NCBI GenBank assembly: GCA_024407725.1
Contig: JAKSVZ010000002.1
Span: 51,346-83,345 of the forward strand
Length of the DNA: 32,000 nt
Source: Opitutales bacterium
GTDB taxonomy: Bacteria; Verrucomicrobiota; Verrucomicrobiia; Opitutales; UBA9783
Direction: 5' to 3'
Of this stretch, positions 1-8,155 are shown piece after piece (within the stretch, counting starts at the first letter, position 1; each line of letters begins with the position of its first letter). Made by a program: the position numbers and the translations under genes. The notes beneath the pieces were generated by a model. The model was not told the origin of the DNA, did not search any database, and saw only the letters and a list, made by a program, of their open reading frames with translations.

Positions 1-775
1 ATCCAAATAACGACTCGCAGCTTTTGAGCAAAATATTACCGACAAAACCGTCGCAAACTACCACATCCACCCCGTTGGAAAACAGGTCAAATCCTTCTAC
101 CAACCCGATATAATGGATGCGGTCGGTACACTGTTTGAGAACCGCATGAGCCGCTTGAATGGAGGCAGTTCCTTTTCCTTCTTCCTTACCAATGGTTAAC
201 AGTCCTACCCGAGGTTTTTCGCAATGTAAAACGGCTTTTGCAAAATGTGCCCCTAAAATAGCATTATGCACTAAATAATGAGCATCGTTAGCTGGATTTG
301 CTCCTACATCCACTAAGATAAAAGGATCGGTGCTGGTAGGAATAATACTCGCTAAAGCAGGGCGTATAACCCCCTCGATGGTTTTGAGCTTCAACGTACT
401 TCCGGCCATTAATCCACCGGTGTTACCGCAGCTAATCACAGCATCTGCTTTCCCCTGCGTTACTAAATCAATCGTTTTAAAAACGGATGCTTCTTTTTTA
501 TGGCGCAATCCATCCAAAGGATGATCGTCCATCTTTAACACTTCAGGGGTATGGCACAGTTGAATGTTTTTGGCACAATCCAACCCGTTTTGTTTCATCA
601 ACGGTTGGACAATAGCCTCATCCCCAACCAACGTAAGCGAACCAATACGATGCCCGACGGAGGCTAAGGCTAGGCTTACCCCCTTAATCAGTTGTTCTGG
701 GCCATAATCTGAACCCATAACATCCACCCCAATGCGCGGCAATGCCAGCGTAGGGCAATGTGAAGCATTAGACAT
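1..775 (-). CDS. plsX: Phosphate acyltransferase PlsX. About 258 N-terminal codons are present; the 3' end runs off the left window edge.
   Basis: Absent from the ORF track because the frame is open to the window edge. My minus-strand translation from the ATG at 775-773 reads MSNASHCPTLALPRIGVDVMGSDYGPEQLIKG. In the same frame further on come ADAVISCGNTGGLMAG, ILVDVGANPA and VCDGFVGNILLKS. These match the conserved PlsX blocks (DVMGGDxGP, xxGNTGx, DxGAN, CDGFxGN). It sits 8 nt downstream of rpmF, the classical rpmF-plsX pairing. Confidence 0.85.
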   Translation of the reverse strand, partial: MSNASHCPTLALPRIGVDVMGSDYGPEQLIKGVSLALASVGHRIGSLTLVGDEAIVQPLMKQNGLDCAKNIQLCHTPEVLKMDDHPLDGLRHKKEASVFKTIDLVTQGKADAVISCGNTGGLMAGSTLKLKTIEGVIRPALASIIPTSTDPFILVDVGANPANDAHYLVHNAILGAHFAKAVLHCEKPRVGLLTIGKEEGKGTASIQAAHAVLKQCTDRIHYIGLVEGFDLFSNGVDVVVCDGFVGNILLKSCESLFG

Positions 776-783
776 GAAGCGGA

Positions 784-984
784 TTACAAAGTAACATCCA
801 ACACCTGACGTCCACGGTACATACCGGTGTCCGGATTGACATGATGACTTTTTACCCAAGAACCATCCGTTGGATCTTGAACCAGATTTGGCTGCGAATA
901 TCCCAAGCGCCGCTTTGTGGAGCTATTGGCTCCCCGCCTTAAACCGCTACGTCTTTTGGATTGTTTTCTTTTTGGCTGTCCCAT
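784..984 (-). CDS. rpmF: 50S ribosomal protein L32
   Basis: A 66-aa, very basic protein. Its N-terminus MGQPKRKQSKRRSGLRR matches the L32 signature (MAVPKRKxSKxRRxxRR). Located immediately upstream of plsX. Confidence 0.85.
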   Translation of the reverse strand: MGQPKRKQSKRRSGLRRGANSSTKRRLGYSQPNLVQDPTDGSWVKSHHVNPDTGMYRGRQVLDVTL

Positions 985-1065
985 AGCAAATAGTTTTTAT
1001 TGATTTTTTATAAAGCAAACATTCCTAACGATTGATGTCAATGACGAACCTTATCAATCAACCCA

Positions 1066-2472
1066 CTAAGCTTGTTGTGTCTTTGCGCATTGCCGCTTTT
1101 TCATCCAAATAGAAAGCGCTAACCCAATGGCCATTAAGGGAGGATAAAATTCGCAGCGCATAATATCCACTGCGCTTAAATGGACTGCCGTAGATAAGCT
1201 AGTAGCAATCAACACTTGCGCGCCATAAGGAATCATGCCCTGAACCACGCACGACGTAATGTCCATCAAACTGGCAATACGCTTTGGATCTACTTTATAG
1301 CACAACCCCATTTCTTTTGCCAAAGGCCCTGCAGTGATAATCGCAATCGTATTGTTGGCGGTAAACAAATTGATAATGCCGGTTAGGCAACAAATTCCCA
1401 ATTCGCAAGTATATCGATTTTTAATCAACCGACCTGCTGCCTGAATTAAATACGCAATACCGCCATTGTATCGAATCAGCACCATTAAACCGCCAGACAA
1501 CAAGGCAATAATCAAGGTGGGTGCCATTTCCACAGTACCGTTGCCAATAATGCTAAACGCATCGAAGATATTAAAGCTCTGGTACCAAAGCCCAATGCCT
1601 ATATTGAGTGCGATCCCCAAAAACAACAACAGCAGGACATTAACGCCCGCTACTCCTAGGATTAACAAGAGAACATAAGGCATTACCTTAATACAATCGG
1701 TAAGCGTCACAGCAACCACATCAGTCGCTACCCTTGGCGCAGCAAACGTTGGTAACGCATACAACAGGATGCAAAGCAAAGCTGGCACACAAACAATTTT
1801 GATATTACACAGCATTTTATCGCGCATTTCGACCCCTTGAGTACGGGTAGCAGCAATCGTGGTATCCGATACCAACGATAAATTGTCGCCAAACATAGAC
1901 CCTCCAACAATCGCACCGGTAATAACAGCTGGATTTAACCCCAAGGTGGTTGCCAACGAAATTCCGATAGGTACCAAGGTTGCAATGGTTCCGCAGGACG
2001 TTCCCATAGCCAAAGCGATAAAGCAAGCCACCATAAACATTCCGGGGAGTAAAAACGCATCCGGAACCAACGCGCGTGCAATCGTTACTGATGCATCGAC
2101 TCCGCCGACCGCCTTAGCAATTTCCGTAAACGCTCCAGCTAGGATAAAGATAAGGCACATAATCATGATGTCTTGATGCCCCATGCCTAACGCAAACAGT
2201 TCGATTTTCCGTTGCAGCTTTTCCTTGCGGTTCAACATTAAGGCGGTTGCAGACGAAATTAAAAACGCAATGGTCATGGGCACCTTGTAAAAATCGCGCG
2301 TTATCAACGCAAAACCGAAATAAAATGCCACAAATACACCAAAGGGCAACAAAGCCTTGGGGCGTGGAGGGCACCAAGGATCCAACAATGCATCTAACCG
2401 AGGATCTTTAGCAGGTCGGTTTGATAAGTTCATGATATAGGATAATGAAGGCGTATAGCCGTTAAACGTCAA
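1066..2472 (-). CDS. Polytopic membrane transporter, NhaC-type Na+/H+ antiporter family-like
   Basis: A 468-aa ORF that is hydrophobic throughout, with many predicted TM helices. Blocks such as IFILAGAFTEIAKAVGG and GSMFGDNLSLVSDTT resemble the Na_H_antiporter (NhaC) family as I recall it. The true start may be an internal Met (for example IMNLS). Substrate is not inferable. Confidence 0.6.
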   Translation of the reverse strand: MTFNGYTPSLSYIMNLSNRPAKDPRLDALLDPWCPPRPKALLPFGVFVAFYFGFALITRDFYKVPMTIAFLISSATALMLNRKEKLQRKIELFALGMGHQDIMIMCLIFILAGAFTEIAKAVGGVDASVTIARALVPDAFLLPGMFMVACFIALAMGTSCGTIATLVPIGISLATTLGLNPAVITGAIVGGSMFGDNLSLVSDTTIAATRTQGVEMRDKMLCNIKIVCVPALLCILLYALPTFAAPRVATDVVAVTLTDCIKVMPYVLLLILGVAGVNVLLLLFLGIALNIGIGLWYQSFNIFDAFSIIGNGTVEMAPTLIIALLSGGLMVLIRYNGGIAYLIQAAGRLIKNRYTCELGICCLTGIINLFTANNTIAIITAGPLAKEMGLCYKVDPKRIASLMDITSCVVQGMIPYGAQVLIATSLSTAVHLSAVDIMRCEFYPPLMAIGLALSIWMKKRQCAKTQQA

Positions 2473-2493
2473 CCTTGTTACGCAATGAGGGAA

Positions 2494-3102
2494 TTATAAA
2501 ACCTTCGCTATCTGCTTGAACACCGCATAATGCCCTTGCCGTCCGGTTACGCGTGCAAAAAACGTATCTACAACATAAGGCTCAACCTCAACTAGCTGCC
2601 AATCGGGATGGTCGGTAACCGTTTGGCAAACCGCCTCAAAATAATCAATAGCGTCGGTTTCAAAATGAATACAGGCGTCAGGGCTTACCTTGCGCGCCAA
2701 TTGCGATAAAAACGGCGCCTGCAACAAACGATGCTTGTGATGGCGCTTTTTTGGCCAAGGATCCGGATAAAAAATAAGCACCTCATTCCATAACCATTGC
2801 TCCGGCAAACAATCCAGCAATTCTTCCGCGCGTGCCTTTAAAAATTGACAGTTGGTTAGACCCAACCGCTGGGCTTTGCGGTTCGATTTACCCACCCGCT
2901 GCGTAATAAGATCAATCCCAAAGCAAAACCGTTCCGGATAACGCTGCGCATACGATACCAAAAAATCCCCGTGTCCGCTGCCAATTTCCAACGTTTTAAA
3001 CGCACAATCAGTATGTAGAAGTTCGGATAAGGTTTTCGACAAAGTAGCTTTGCGCGCCTCAACTGAAGCAAGGTACGCTGTATAGCTAGAACTCGTGTTC
3101 AT
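2494..3102 (-). CDS. trmB: tRNA (guanine46-N7)-methyltransferase TrmB
   Basis: 202 aa. SAM-binding motif LEIGSGHGDF and the hallmark block FYPDPWPKKRHHKHRL of TrmB. Confidence 0.85.
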   Translation of the reverse strand: MNTSSSYTAYLASVEARKATLSKTLSELLHTDCAFKTLEIGSGHGDFLVSYAQRYPERFCFGIDLITQRVGKSNRKAQRLGLTNCQFLKARAEELLDCLPEQWLWNEVLIFYPDPWPKKRHHKHRLLQAPFLSQLARKVSPDACIHFETDAIDYFEAVCQTVTDHPDWQLVEVEPYVVDTFFARVTGRQGHYAVFKQIAKVL

Positions 3103-3119
3103 TTTTTAAAAAACGTCTT

Positions 3120-3170
3120 GAACTTTATTTATGGAACTTTATTTATGGAACTTTATTTATGGAACTTTAT
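3120..3170 (+). repeat. 14-bp direct tandem repeat (gaactttatttatg), about 3.6 copies, embedding the OMP1 start codon
   Basis: Read directly: full units at 3120-3133, 3134-3147 and 3148-3161, with a partial unit at 3162-3170. Each unit carries ATGGAACTTTAT, the first four codons of the downstream gene. This gives ATGs at 3131, 3145 and 3159, and only 3159 is in frame with the long ORF. Confidence 0.95.
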
Positions 3171-3917
3171 AAAAAATTATTGTTTGTAAGTGGGCTGTGT
3201 CTAGCAAACTTTTATGCGTTTGCAGATGCGGAGAGCGAATACGATGATTTGGAAGCAATTTCTGAGAATAGCTTTTCAGAAGTTGAAGATACAGAGTCTT
3301 CCTGTTGGTTAGCGGAGTATCCAACCTACCTCGATCTAAACATAGGACTTGGGTTTGGCAATAAATTTAACTATGCCAAAAATGCTGAAGAATTGAAATT
3401 AACGGGAGGTTCTCCTAAAGCAAAAGTAATAACGGGGCCAATGGGTTTAGAAATAGGAAAAATCATCAATGAGTGGCGCTTTGGTGTTGAAGCAATATTC
3501 ATTTATGGAAAGACCGGAAACTTTGAGCTGAAAATAAATGGCAAAGAATATGTAATTAAAAACACTATATGGGGAGGTAGTTTAATGGGAAACGTTTATT
3601 ATGATATTCCTTTACACACACATATAGCTTGGTATATGGGAGGTGGCTTGGGTTTTGACTATTTAAAAATAAAAATGAAAAAAGAAGAATTGGGGCTCCA
3701 CGGTAAAAGTTTCTGGGCTCCTGTTTGCCAATTTCGAATAGGCTTAGCTTTTTATTACGAAAGTTATATCATGAGTGCTGGCTATCGCATTCGTCATATT
3801 TTCCAAAACCTTAAGATCGATAATTCAATAAAATATTATACTGATAAAAAGTTAAACAGTGAATGGAAATCTCCAACTATTCATGTTCTTGAATGCGCAT
3901 TCGCATGGACGTTTTAA
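3159..3917 (+). CDS. Small beta-barrel outer-membrane protein, paralog 1 (OMP_b-brl / Omp25-Opa-like class)
   Basis: 252 aa. Signal peptide with an AFA-D cleavage site (LANFYAFA/DAES), alternating aromatic/Gly-rich strands (GNVYYDIPL, GGGLGFDY, RIGLAFYY) and a C-terminal aromatic residue (ECAFAWTF). Clearly paralogous to 4109-4882. Much more AT-rich than the flanking genes. Confidence 0.75.
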   Translation: MELYKKLLFVSGLCLANFYAFADAESEYDDLEAISENSFSEVEDTESSCWLAEYPTYLDLNIGLGFGNKFNYAKNAEELKLTGGSPKAKVITGPMGLEIGKIINEWRFGVEAIFIYGKTGNFELKINGKEYVIKNTIWGGSLMGNVYYDIPLHTHIAWYMGGGLGFDYLKIKMKKEELGLHGKSFWAPVCQFRIGLAFYYESYIMSAGYRIRHIFQNLKIDNSIKYYTDKKLNSEWKSPTIHVLECAFAWTF

Positions 3918-3948
3918 ATAAAAATCAGCTTAAGTAATTATCACTATT

Positions 3949-3994
3949 AACGAGCGAAGCAGAACTTAATGTTCCTTCGCTCGTTTGCTTTTTA
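3949..3994 (+). terminator. Candidate intrinsic terminator of OMP1
   Basis: Stem gagcgaag (3952-3959) pairs with cttcgctc (3975-3982). The stem can extend outward (c3951-g3983, a3950-t3984, a3949-t3985) and has an inner gaac/gttc helix around a ttaat loop. It is followed by the U-rich tract gtttgcttttta. Confidence 0.6.
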
Positions 3995-4047
3995 CCGCTA
4001 CCATTAGCACCTGTATATCCGATGGATTAACCCCACTGATACGGGAG
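3966..4047 (-). pseudogene. Detached 3'-terminal fragment of mnmG (last 27 codons plus stop), a duplication remnant
   Basis: The minus-strand reading gives [26 protein letters not shown]-stop, identical to the real mnmG C-terminus at 4922-5003. There is one synonymous CAG/CAA difference. No upstream mnmG sequence is attached. Confidence 0.85.
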
Positions 4048-4064
4048 AGTTTTACAAAAATGTA

Positions 4065-4094
4065 AGGGATGTAGCGACAGCATCTCTTTTTTTT
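4065..4094 (+). terminator. Weak hairpin plus T7 run 15 nt upstream of the OMP2 start codon (second terminator or attenuator-like element)
   Basis: agggatg (4065-4071) pairs with catctct (4081-4087), including one G-U pair, around a 9-nt loop. Seven T residues follow (4088-4094). An overlapping sigma70-like promoter reading is also possible: GCGACA 4074-4079, 17-bp spacer, TATACT 4097-4102. That would place the transcription start at about the ATG at 4109. Confidence 0.3.
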
Positions 4095-4108
4095 GTTATA
4101 CTTTCTCT

Positions 4109-4882
4109 ATGAGATGCTACAAAAAACAACTTTTGGCAATAAGCATTTGTTTAATGAATTTTTATGCTTTTGCAGATACAACAGAATACAACGATACAGA
4201 AGCGATTTCTGAAGAAAGTATTTCAGAAGTCGATGATACGCCCTCCCGTTTAAGTTGGTTCATCGATGCTCCAACTTATTTTCAGATGCACGTCGCTCGT
4301 GGTCGTGCAAGCGGATTTGAATATTGCAAAAATATTCAAGAAATTAATCCACGATTAAACTGTAATTCTAAAGTACTAACTGATCTTGATTGGGTCGGAA
4401 TAGAAGTAGGAAAAGTTTTTGGTAATTGGCGTTTTGGGCTAGAAGGAACGTACTATAAAGGAGACATGCGGGATGCTTATCTCGATATGGGTCGAGATGA
4501 AGCCTACAGAATAGACGCTAAAACGCGGGGATGGGGTATAATAGGTAATGTTTATTACACTATTCCACTCACAGCCAATAATGCTTTTCTTTGCATTTTG
4601 GGCGTTGGCTTGGGACTTGAGGATCGAAAAATCGAAGCAAACAGCTCCATGCCACTAAAATTACACGATCATGTCCTTAGAGGATTAGCTTACCAATTGT
4701 ATGTTGGGCTAGCCTATAACTTTGACGATTATCATGCTTTGAGTATGGGGTATCGCTTCCATCATTTTACCAAAAATATGGAGTGGAATTCTGCAAGTGA
4801 GGGGAATGACCATATAATTTCTCAGTGGGACTCACCAAAGAGTCATATGTTTGAATGTGCCTTTACCTGTCTGTTTGAATAA
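4109..4882 (+). CDS. Small beta-barrel outer-membrane protein, paralog 2
   Basis: 257 aa. Signal peptide LMNFYAFA/DTTE and a conserved acidic mature N-terminus (EAISEESISEVDDT versus EAISENSFSEVEDT in paralog 1). Shared blocks include NWRFG.E, GNVYYTIPL, MGYRFHH and C-terminal ECAFTCLFE. No purine-rich SD precedes the ATG. Confidence 0.75.
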   Translation: MRCYKKQLLAISICLMNFYAFADTTEYNDTEAISEESISEVDDTPSRLSWFIDAPTYFQMHVARGRASGFEYCKNIQEINPRLNCNSKVLTDLDWVGIEVGKVFGNWRFGLEGTYYKGDMRDAYLDMGRDEAYRIDAKTRGWGIIGNVYYTIPLTANNAFLCILGVGLGLEDRKIEANSSMPLKLHDHVLRGLAYQLYVGLAYNFDDYHALSMGYRFHHFTKNMEWNSASEGNDHIISQWDSPKSHMFECAFTCLFE

Positions 4883-4903
4883 AAAATCCTAGTGTCTATA
4901 ACC

Positions 4904-5003
4904 TAATGAGCGAAGCAGAACTTAATGTTCCTTCGCTCGTTTGCTTTTTACCGCTACCATTAGCACTTGTATATCCGATGGATTAACCCCACTGATACGG
5001 GAG
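4904..5003. repeat. Copy 2 of the 100-bp repeat (this copy is the genuine 3' end of mnmG plus its downstream hairpin)
   Basis: See the partner at 3948-4047. Confidence 0.95.
4905..4950 (+). terminator. Candidate intrinsic terminator of OMP2, overlapping the last codons and stop of convergent mnmG
   Basis: Same hairpin as at 3949-3994: gagcgaag 4908-4915 pairs with cttcgctc 4931-4938, followed by gtttgcttttta. The mnmG stop codon (4922-4924) lies in the loop. Confidence 0.55.
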
Positions 5004-6775
5004 GCTTGCCCTAAGGTTAACGGTCGTACTGCCATTAACTTTTGGCGGCTTTCATTTCTTAAACTCAATACGGTCGTATAATCAAACTCAGCTGGGATTT
5101 TAATCGAATCCAGCAACTGCGTACGTTCAATCACCTTCTGTTCGCGCTCCAAATACCCTTGATAGCAAACCCGATACAAAACTTCTTCGCGTACAGCATC
5201 CGGTAGGGTCAAAAATGCAGCAGGTAAGTCAACGGTAGGCTTTGGTTCTTGATTCTGAGAACGGCGCAATGCGTCACCAAAAGAAATTCCTGCTTCGCAG
5301 GGTGTTTGTTCTAGGGTACGTACCCAATCCTCAACCGTTTGCTTTTTGTGCTTAATGGCCTGAATCCGTTCAGGGCTTAGGCAATGATAACGCGCCGCCT
5401 GATCAATCAAACGCAATTCGGCGCTCGCATGATTCAACAACAAACGGTATTCGGCGCGTCCCGTAAACATACGGTAAGGCTCCTTGGTGCCTTTTGTGGT
5501 TAAATCATCAATGAGAACCCCTATATAACTAGCGTCGCGGGATAACACACAGGGTTCTTCGCCTAAAACAGCCGCGCTTGCATTGATACCGGCGATCACT
5601 CCTTGACCCGCTGCTTCTTCATACCCCGAAGTACCGTTGATTTGACCTGCCATGAATAACCCACGTACACGTTTGCTTTCTAGGCTTGCGTTTAAATCCG
5701 TCGGGTCGGAAAACACATATTCGACAGCATAAGCCGGACGCACCATCACCGCATGCTCTAACCCCGGAATCGTTTGCAACATCGCCTGTTGGACGTCGAA
5801 CGGCAAACTGGTGGAAAGCCCATTGATATACCATTCGTCCGTACTCAATCCTTCCGGCTCTAAAAACAACCGATGCCGTTCCCGATCGGCAAACCGAACG
5901 CATTTGTCCTCGATGCTGGGGCAATAACGCGGGCCTGTTCCCTGAATATTGCCTGAAAATAAGGCAGAACGTTTCAAATTATCCAAAATAATCTTATGCG
6001 TATCCTTATTAGTATAGGTCATCCAACACGAACGCCTGTGGGTGTCGGGATCCCAAGCCATGGGTATCGGCAACACCCCATGGGAGCTTCGGGTATCATA
6101 AAACGCAAATAAACACGGATGTTCGTCGCTCTTTTGTTCTTCGCAACGTGAAAAGTCGATAGTGCGTCCTAAAATCCGTGCAGGCGTACCGGTTTTTAAC
6201 AGCCCTACCGGAAAGCCTAATTGCGCTAAATTATCCGCCAACGCATAACTGGCTGAGTCTCCCATACGCCCTCCGGGGAAATGGGTATGGCCTACGTGCA
6301 AGGTGCCTTTTAAAAAGGTACCTGTGGTTAAAATGACCGTTTTAGCCTCTAGGGTACCCGCTAAACGCGTTTGTACGCCAGTTATACGTCCTTCTTGAAC
6401 GCATAAACTTAGCACTTCGTCTTGCAACAGCCGAATGTTTGGTACTTGTTCCAACCGGCGTTTCATGCTGAATTGATAGGCTTTTTTATCACATTGAGCC
6501 CGTGGAGCTTGAACCGCCATCCCTTTGGAACGATTCAATATCCGAAACTGAATAGCCGTTTCGTCCGCATTTACCGCCATCAGCCCCCCTAAGGCATCGA
6601 TTTCACGCACAATGTGCCCCTTGGCTAGGCCGCCAATAGAAGGATTGCAGCTCATTTGGGCAATGGTATCCAATTGGTGAGTAATCAGGAGCACTGACAC
6701 CCCCCGTTTAGCTGCTATCCAAGCTGCTTCGCAACCTGCATGACCACCGCCACATACAATCACATCGATACTCAT
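4922..6775 (-). CDS. mnmG: tRNA uridine-5-carboxymethylaminomethyl (U34) modification enzyme MnmG (GidA)
   Basis: 617 aa. N-terminal FAD motif [14 protein letters not shown] plus [23 protein letters not shown] and [16 protein letters not shown], all typical MnmG blocks. A GGGAG Shine-Dalgarno lies 4 nt before the ATG. Adjacent to mnmE. Confidence 0.95.
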   Translation of the reverse strand: MSIDVIVCGGGHAGCEAAWIAAKRGVSVLLITHQLDTIAQMSCNPSIGGLAKGHIVREIDALGGLMAVNADETAIQFRILNRSKGMAVQAPRAQCDKKAYQFSMKRRLEQVPNIRLLQDEVLSLCVQEGRITGVQTRLAGTLEAKTVILTTGTFLKGTLHVGHTHFPGGRMGDSASYALADNLAQLGFPVGLLKTGTPARILGRTIDFSRCEEQKSDEHPCLFAFYDTRSSHGVLPIPMAWDPDTHRRSCWMTYTNKDTHKIILDNLKRSALFSGNIQGTGPRYCPSIEDKCVRFADRERHRLFLEPEGLSTDEWYINGLSTSLPFDVQQAMLQTIPGLEHAVMVRPAYAVEYVFSDPTDLNASLESKRVRGLFMAGQINGTSGYEEAAGQGVIAGINASAAVLGEEPCVLSRDASYIGVLIDDLTTKGTKEPYRMFTGRAEYRLLLNHASAELRLIDQAARYHCLSPERIQAIKHKKQTVEDWVRTLEQTPCEAGISFGDALRRSQNQEPKPTVDLPAAFLTLPDAVREEVLYRVCYQGYLEREQKVIERTQLLDSIKIPAEFDYTTVLSLRNESRQKLMAVRPLTLGQASRISGVNPSDIQVLMVAVKSKRAKEH

Positions 6776-6793
6776 AGCTCCCTTATACCCTCT

Positions 6794-8155
6794 TTATTTA
6801 CCGATGCAAAACTTAGAAAAGATTACATCGAGGATTTGTTCATAATCCACACGCCCTACCACCGCTTCTAAAGCGCGCAGTGCTGATTTTAAATCCGCCG
6901 CAAGGCAATCATCATAAGCATGCGTTTGCAACAACGATTGAGCGTGCGTTAACCACTGCTGAGCTTGTCGAAACGCTTCCGCATGACGTTCGTTCACCAT
7001 AAACGCTACTTGGGTCGGATCCGCATAATGGGTTTGTAAAAAGTGACGCAACTCGCTTTGCACCTTAGGCAATTGATCACCATCGGTTAAGCTCAGGGAA
7101 CAAATAGTATATCCTTCCAAAAGCGCTTTGATGGCAGGATTAACCCCCAAATCCGCTTTGTTCAACAGTACCAATGTCCGCTCTTGGGGAAATTTCGGCT
7201 GAAGTTCCTTCAAGCCATCAAGGGTCGATTGAGAACCATCCACCACCCAAACAATCATATCCGCCGTTTGTAATTGTGCGTAGGTTTGTTCAATCCCCAT
7301 GCGCTCCAACATATCCTCTGAGGTTCGTAACCCTGCCGTATCGATCAAGGTTAAAAGGTAAGGGTCTAAAGCATAGCGCTCCGTCACATAATCGCGGGTG
7401 GTTCCAGGAATCGCACTGACCAACACCCGTTGGCGCCCTAATAAGCCGTTTAACAGCGTACTTTTGCCTGCATTCGGCTGACCCGCAATTACCACTTGAA
7501 TGCCTTTGTGCAACGGAGCATACGCCGCATGAGCTTGAATTAACTGCTGCAGTTCTTTCCCCAATTCCTGTAGGTGCGTATCCAATTCCTGCCGATCTTG
7601 TTCCGGCAAATCCTCTTCGGGGAAATCCAAATACGCTTCCACTTTGGCAATTTGCTCGCTCAATAGGTCAACAAACTGCGTAACTTTTTGGCTGAGCGCG
7701 CCCCCTAACTGTTTTTGAGCTAACTGCAGCGCTTGTAATGATTGTGCATGAATCACCTCTTCCACCGCTTCTGCTTGGCATAAATCCAAAACTCCATTGG
7801 TAAAAGCTCGGCGGGTAAATTCCCCTGGCTCCGCTTGCCGACAACCGCGTTGGATACAATCGCGCACAATCTGTTGAATAATGATTGGGTTTCCATGGCA
7901 GGAAAGCTCCAACATCGCTTCACCCGTATAGGAAGCATGTTCCGCAAAGAGCACAAAAACCACTTCATCTAAAGCAGTTTCTGGATGATCAAGCAAACGA
8001 TAATGTCCATAGTAGGCTTGGCGTGGAACCAACGACGTACGTTTAAAGATTGCCTGCGCTAAGCTTAAGCATAAAGGCCCACTGAGCCGAATAACCCCAA
8101 TTCCGGATACCCCCCATGGAGTTGATAGAGCCACAATGGTATCGCTTGTTTCCAT
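6794..8155 (-). CDS. mnmE: tRNA modification GTPase MnmE (TrmE)
   Basis: 453 aa. G-domain P-loop GQPNAGKSTLLN, DTAGLR, NKADL, and the diagnostic C-terminal CIGK tetrapeptide. Confidence 0.95.
   Translation of the reverse strand: METSDTIVALSTPWGVSGIGVIRLSGPLCLSLAQAIFKRTSLVPRQAYYGHYRLLDHPETALDEVVFVLFAEHASYTGEAMLELSCHGNPIIIQQIVRDCIQRGCRQAEPGEFTRRAFTNGVLDLCQAEAVEEVIHAQSLQALQLAQKQLGGALSQKVTQFVDLLSEQIAKVEAYLDFPEEDLPEQDRQELDTHLQELGKELQQLIQAHAAYAPLHKGIQVVIAGQPNAGKSTLLNGLLGRQRVLVSAIPGTTRDYVTERYALDPYLLTLIDTAGLRTSEDMLERMGIEQTYAQLQTADMIVWVVDGSQSTLDGLKELQPKFPQERTLVLLNKADLGVNPAIKALLEGYTICSLSLTDGDQLPKVQSELRHFLQTHYADPTQVAFMVNERHAEAFRQAQQWLTHAQSLLQTHAYDDCLAADLKSALRALEAVVGRVDYEQILDVIFSKFCIGK

Larger units (their letters stand above)
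3948..4047. repeat. Copy 1 of a 100-bp dispersed direct repeat (partner at 4904-5003, offset 956 bp, 2 mismatches)
   Basis: Base-by-base comparison done by hand. The only mismatches are 3951 c versus 4907 t, and 4011 c versus 4967 t. Confidence 0.95.

Noticed and set aside
330-524. A 64-aa plus-strand ORF
   Set aside because: It lies antisense within plsX, whose minus-strand translation carries all the PlsX signature blocks.
1466-2377. Five alternative-frame or antisense ORFs (60-105 aa) inside the NhaC-like transporter gene
   Set aside because: All are nested in a 468-aa ORF with coherent membrane-protein character. Their translations are low-complexity or Cys/Arg-rich, which is typical of off-frame noise.
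5619-5924. A 101-aa minus-strand ORF in an alternative frame of mnmG. Similar nested ORFs occur in mnmE (7174-7968), rng (10924-12054), murJ (13828-14279) and the Bat genes (18461-21238).
   Set aside because: These are nested in strongly supported genes. Their composition is Arg/Gly/Cys-rich or otherwise atypical, and they have no independent signals.
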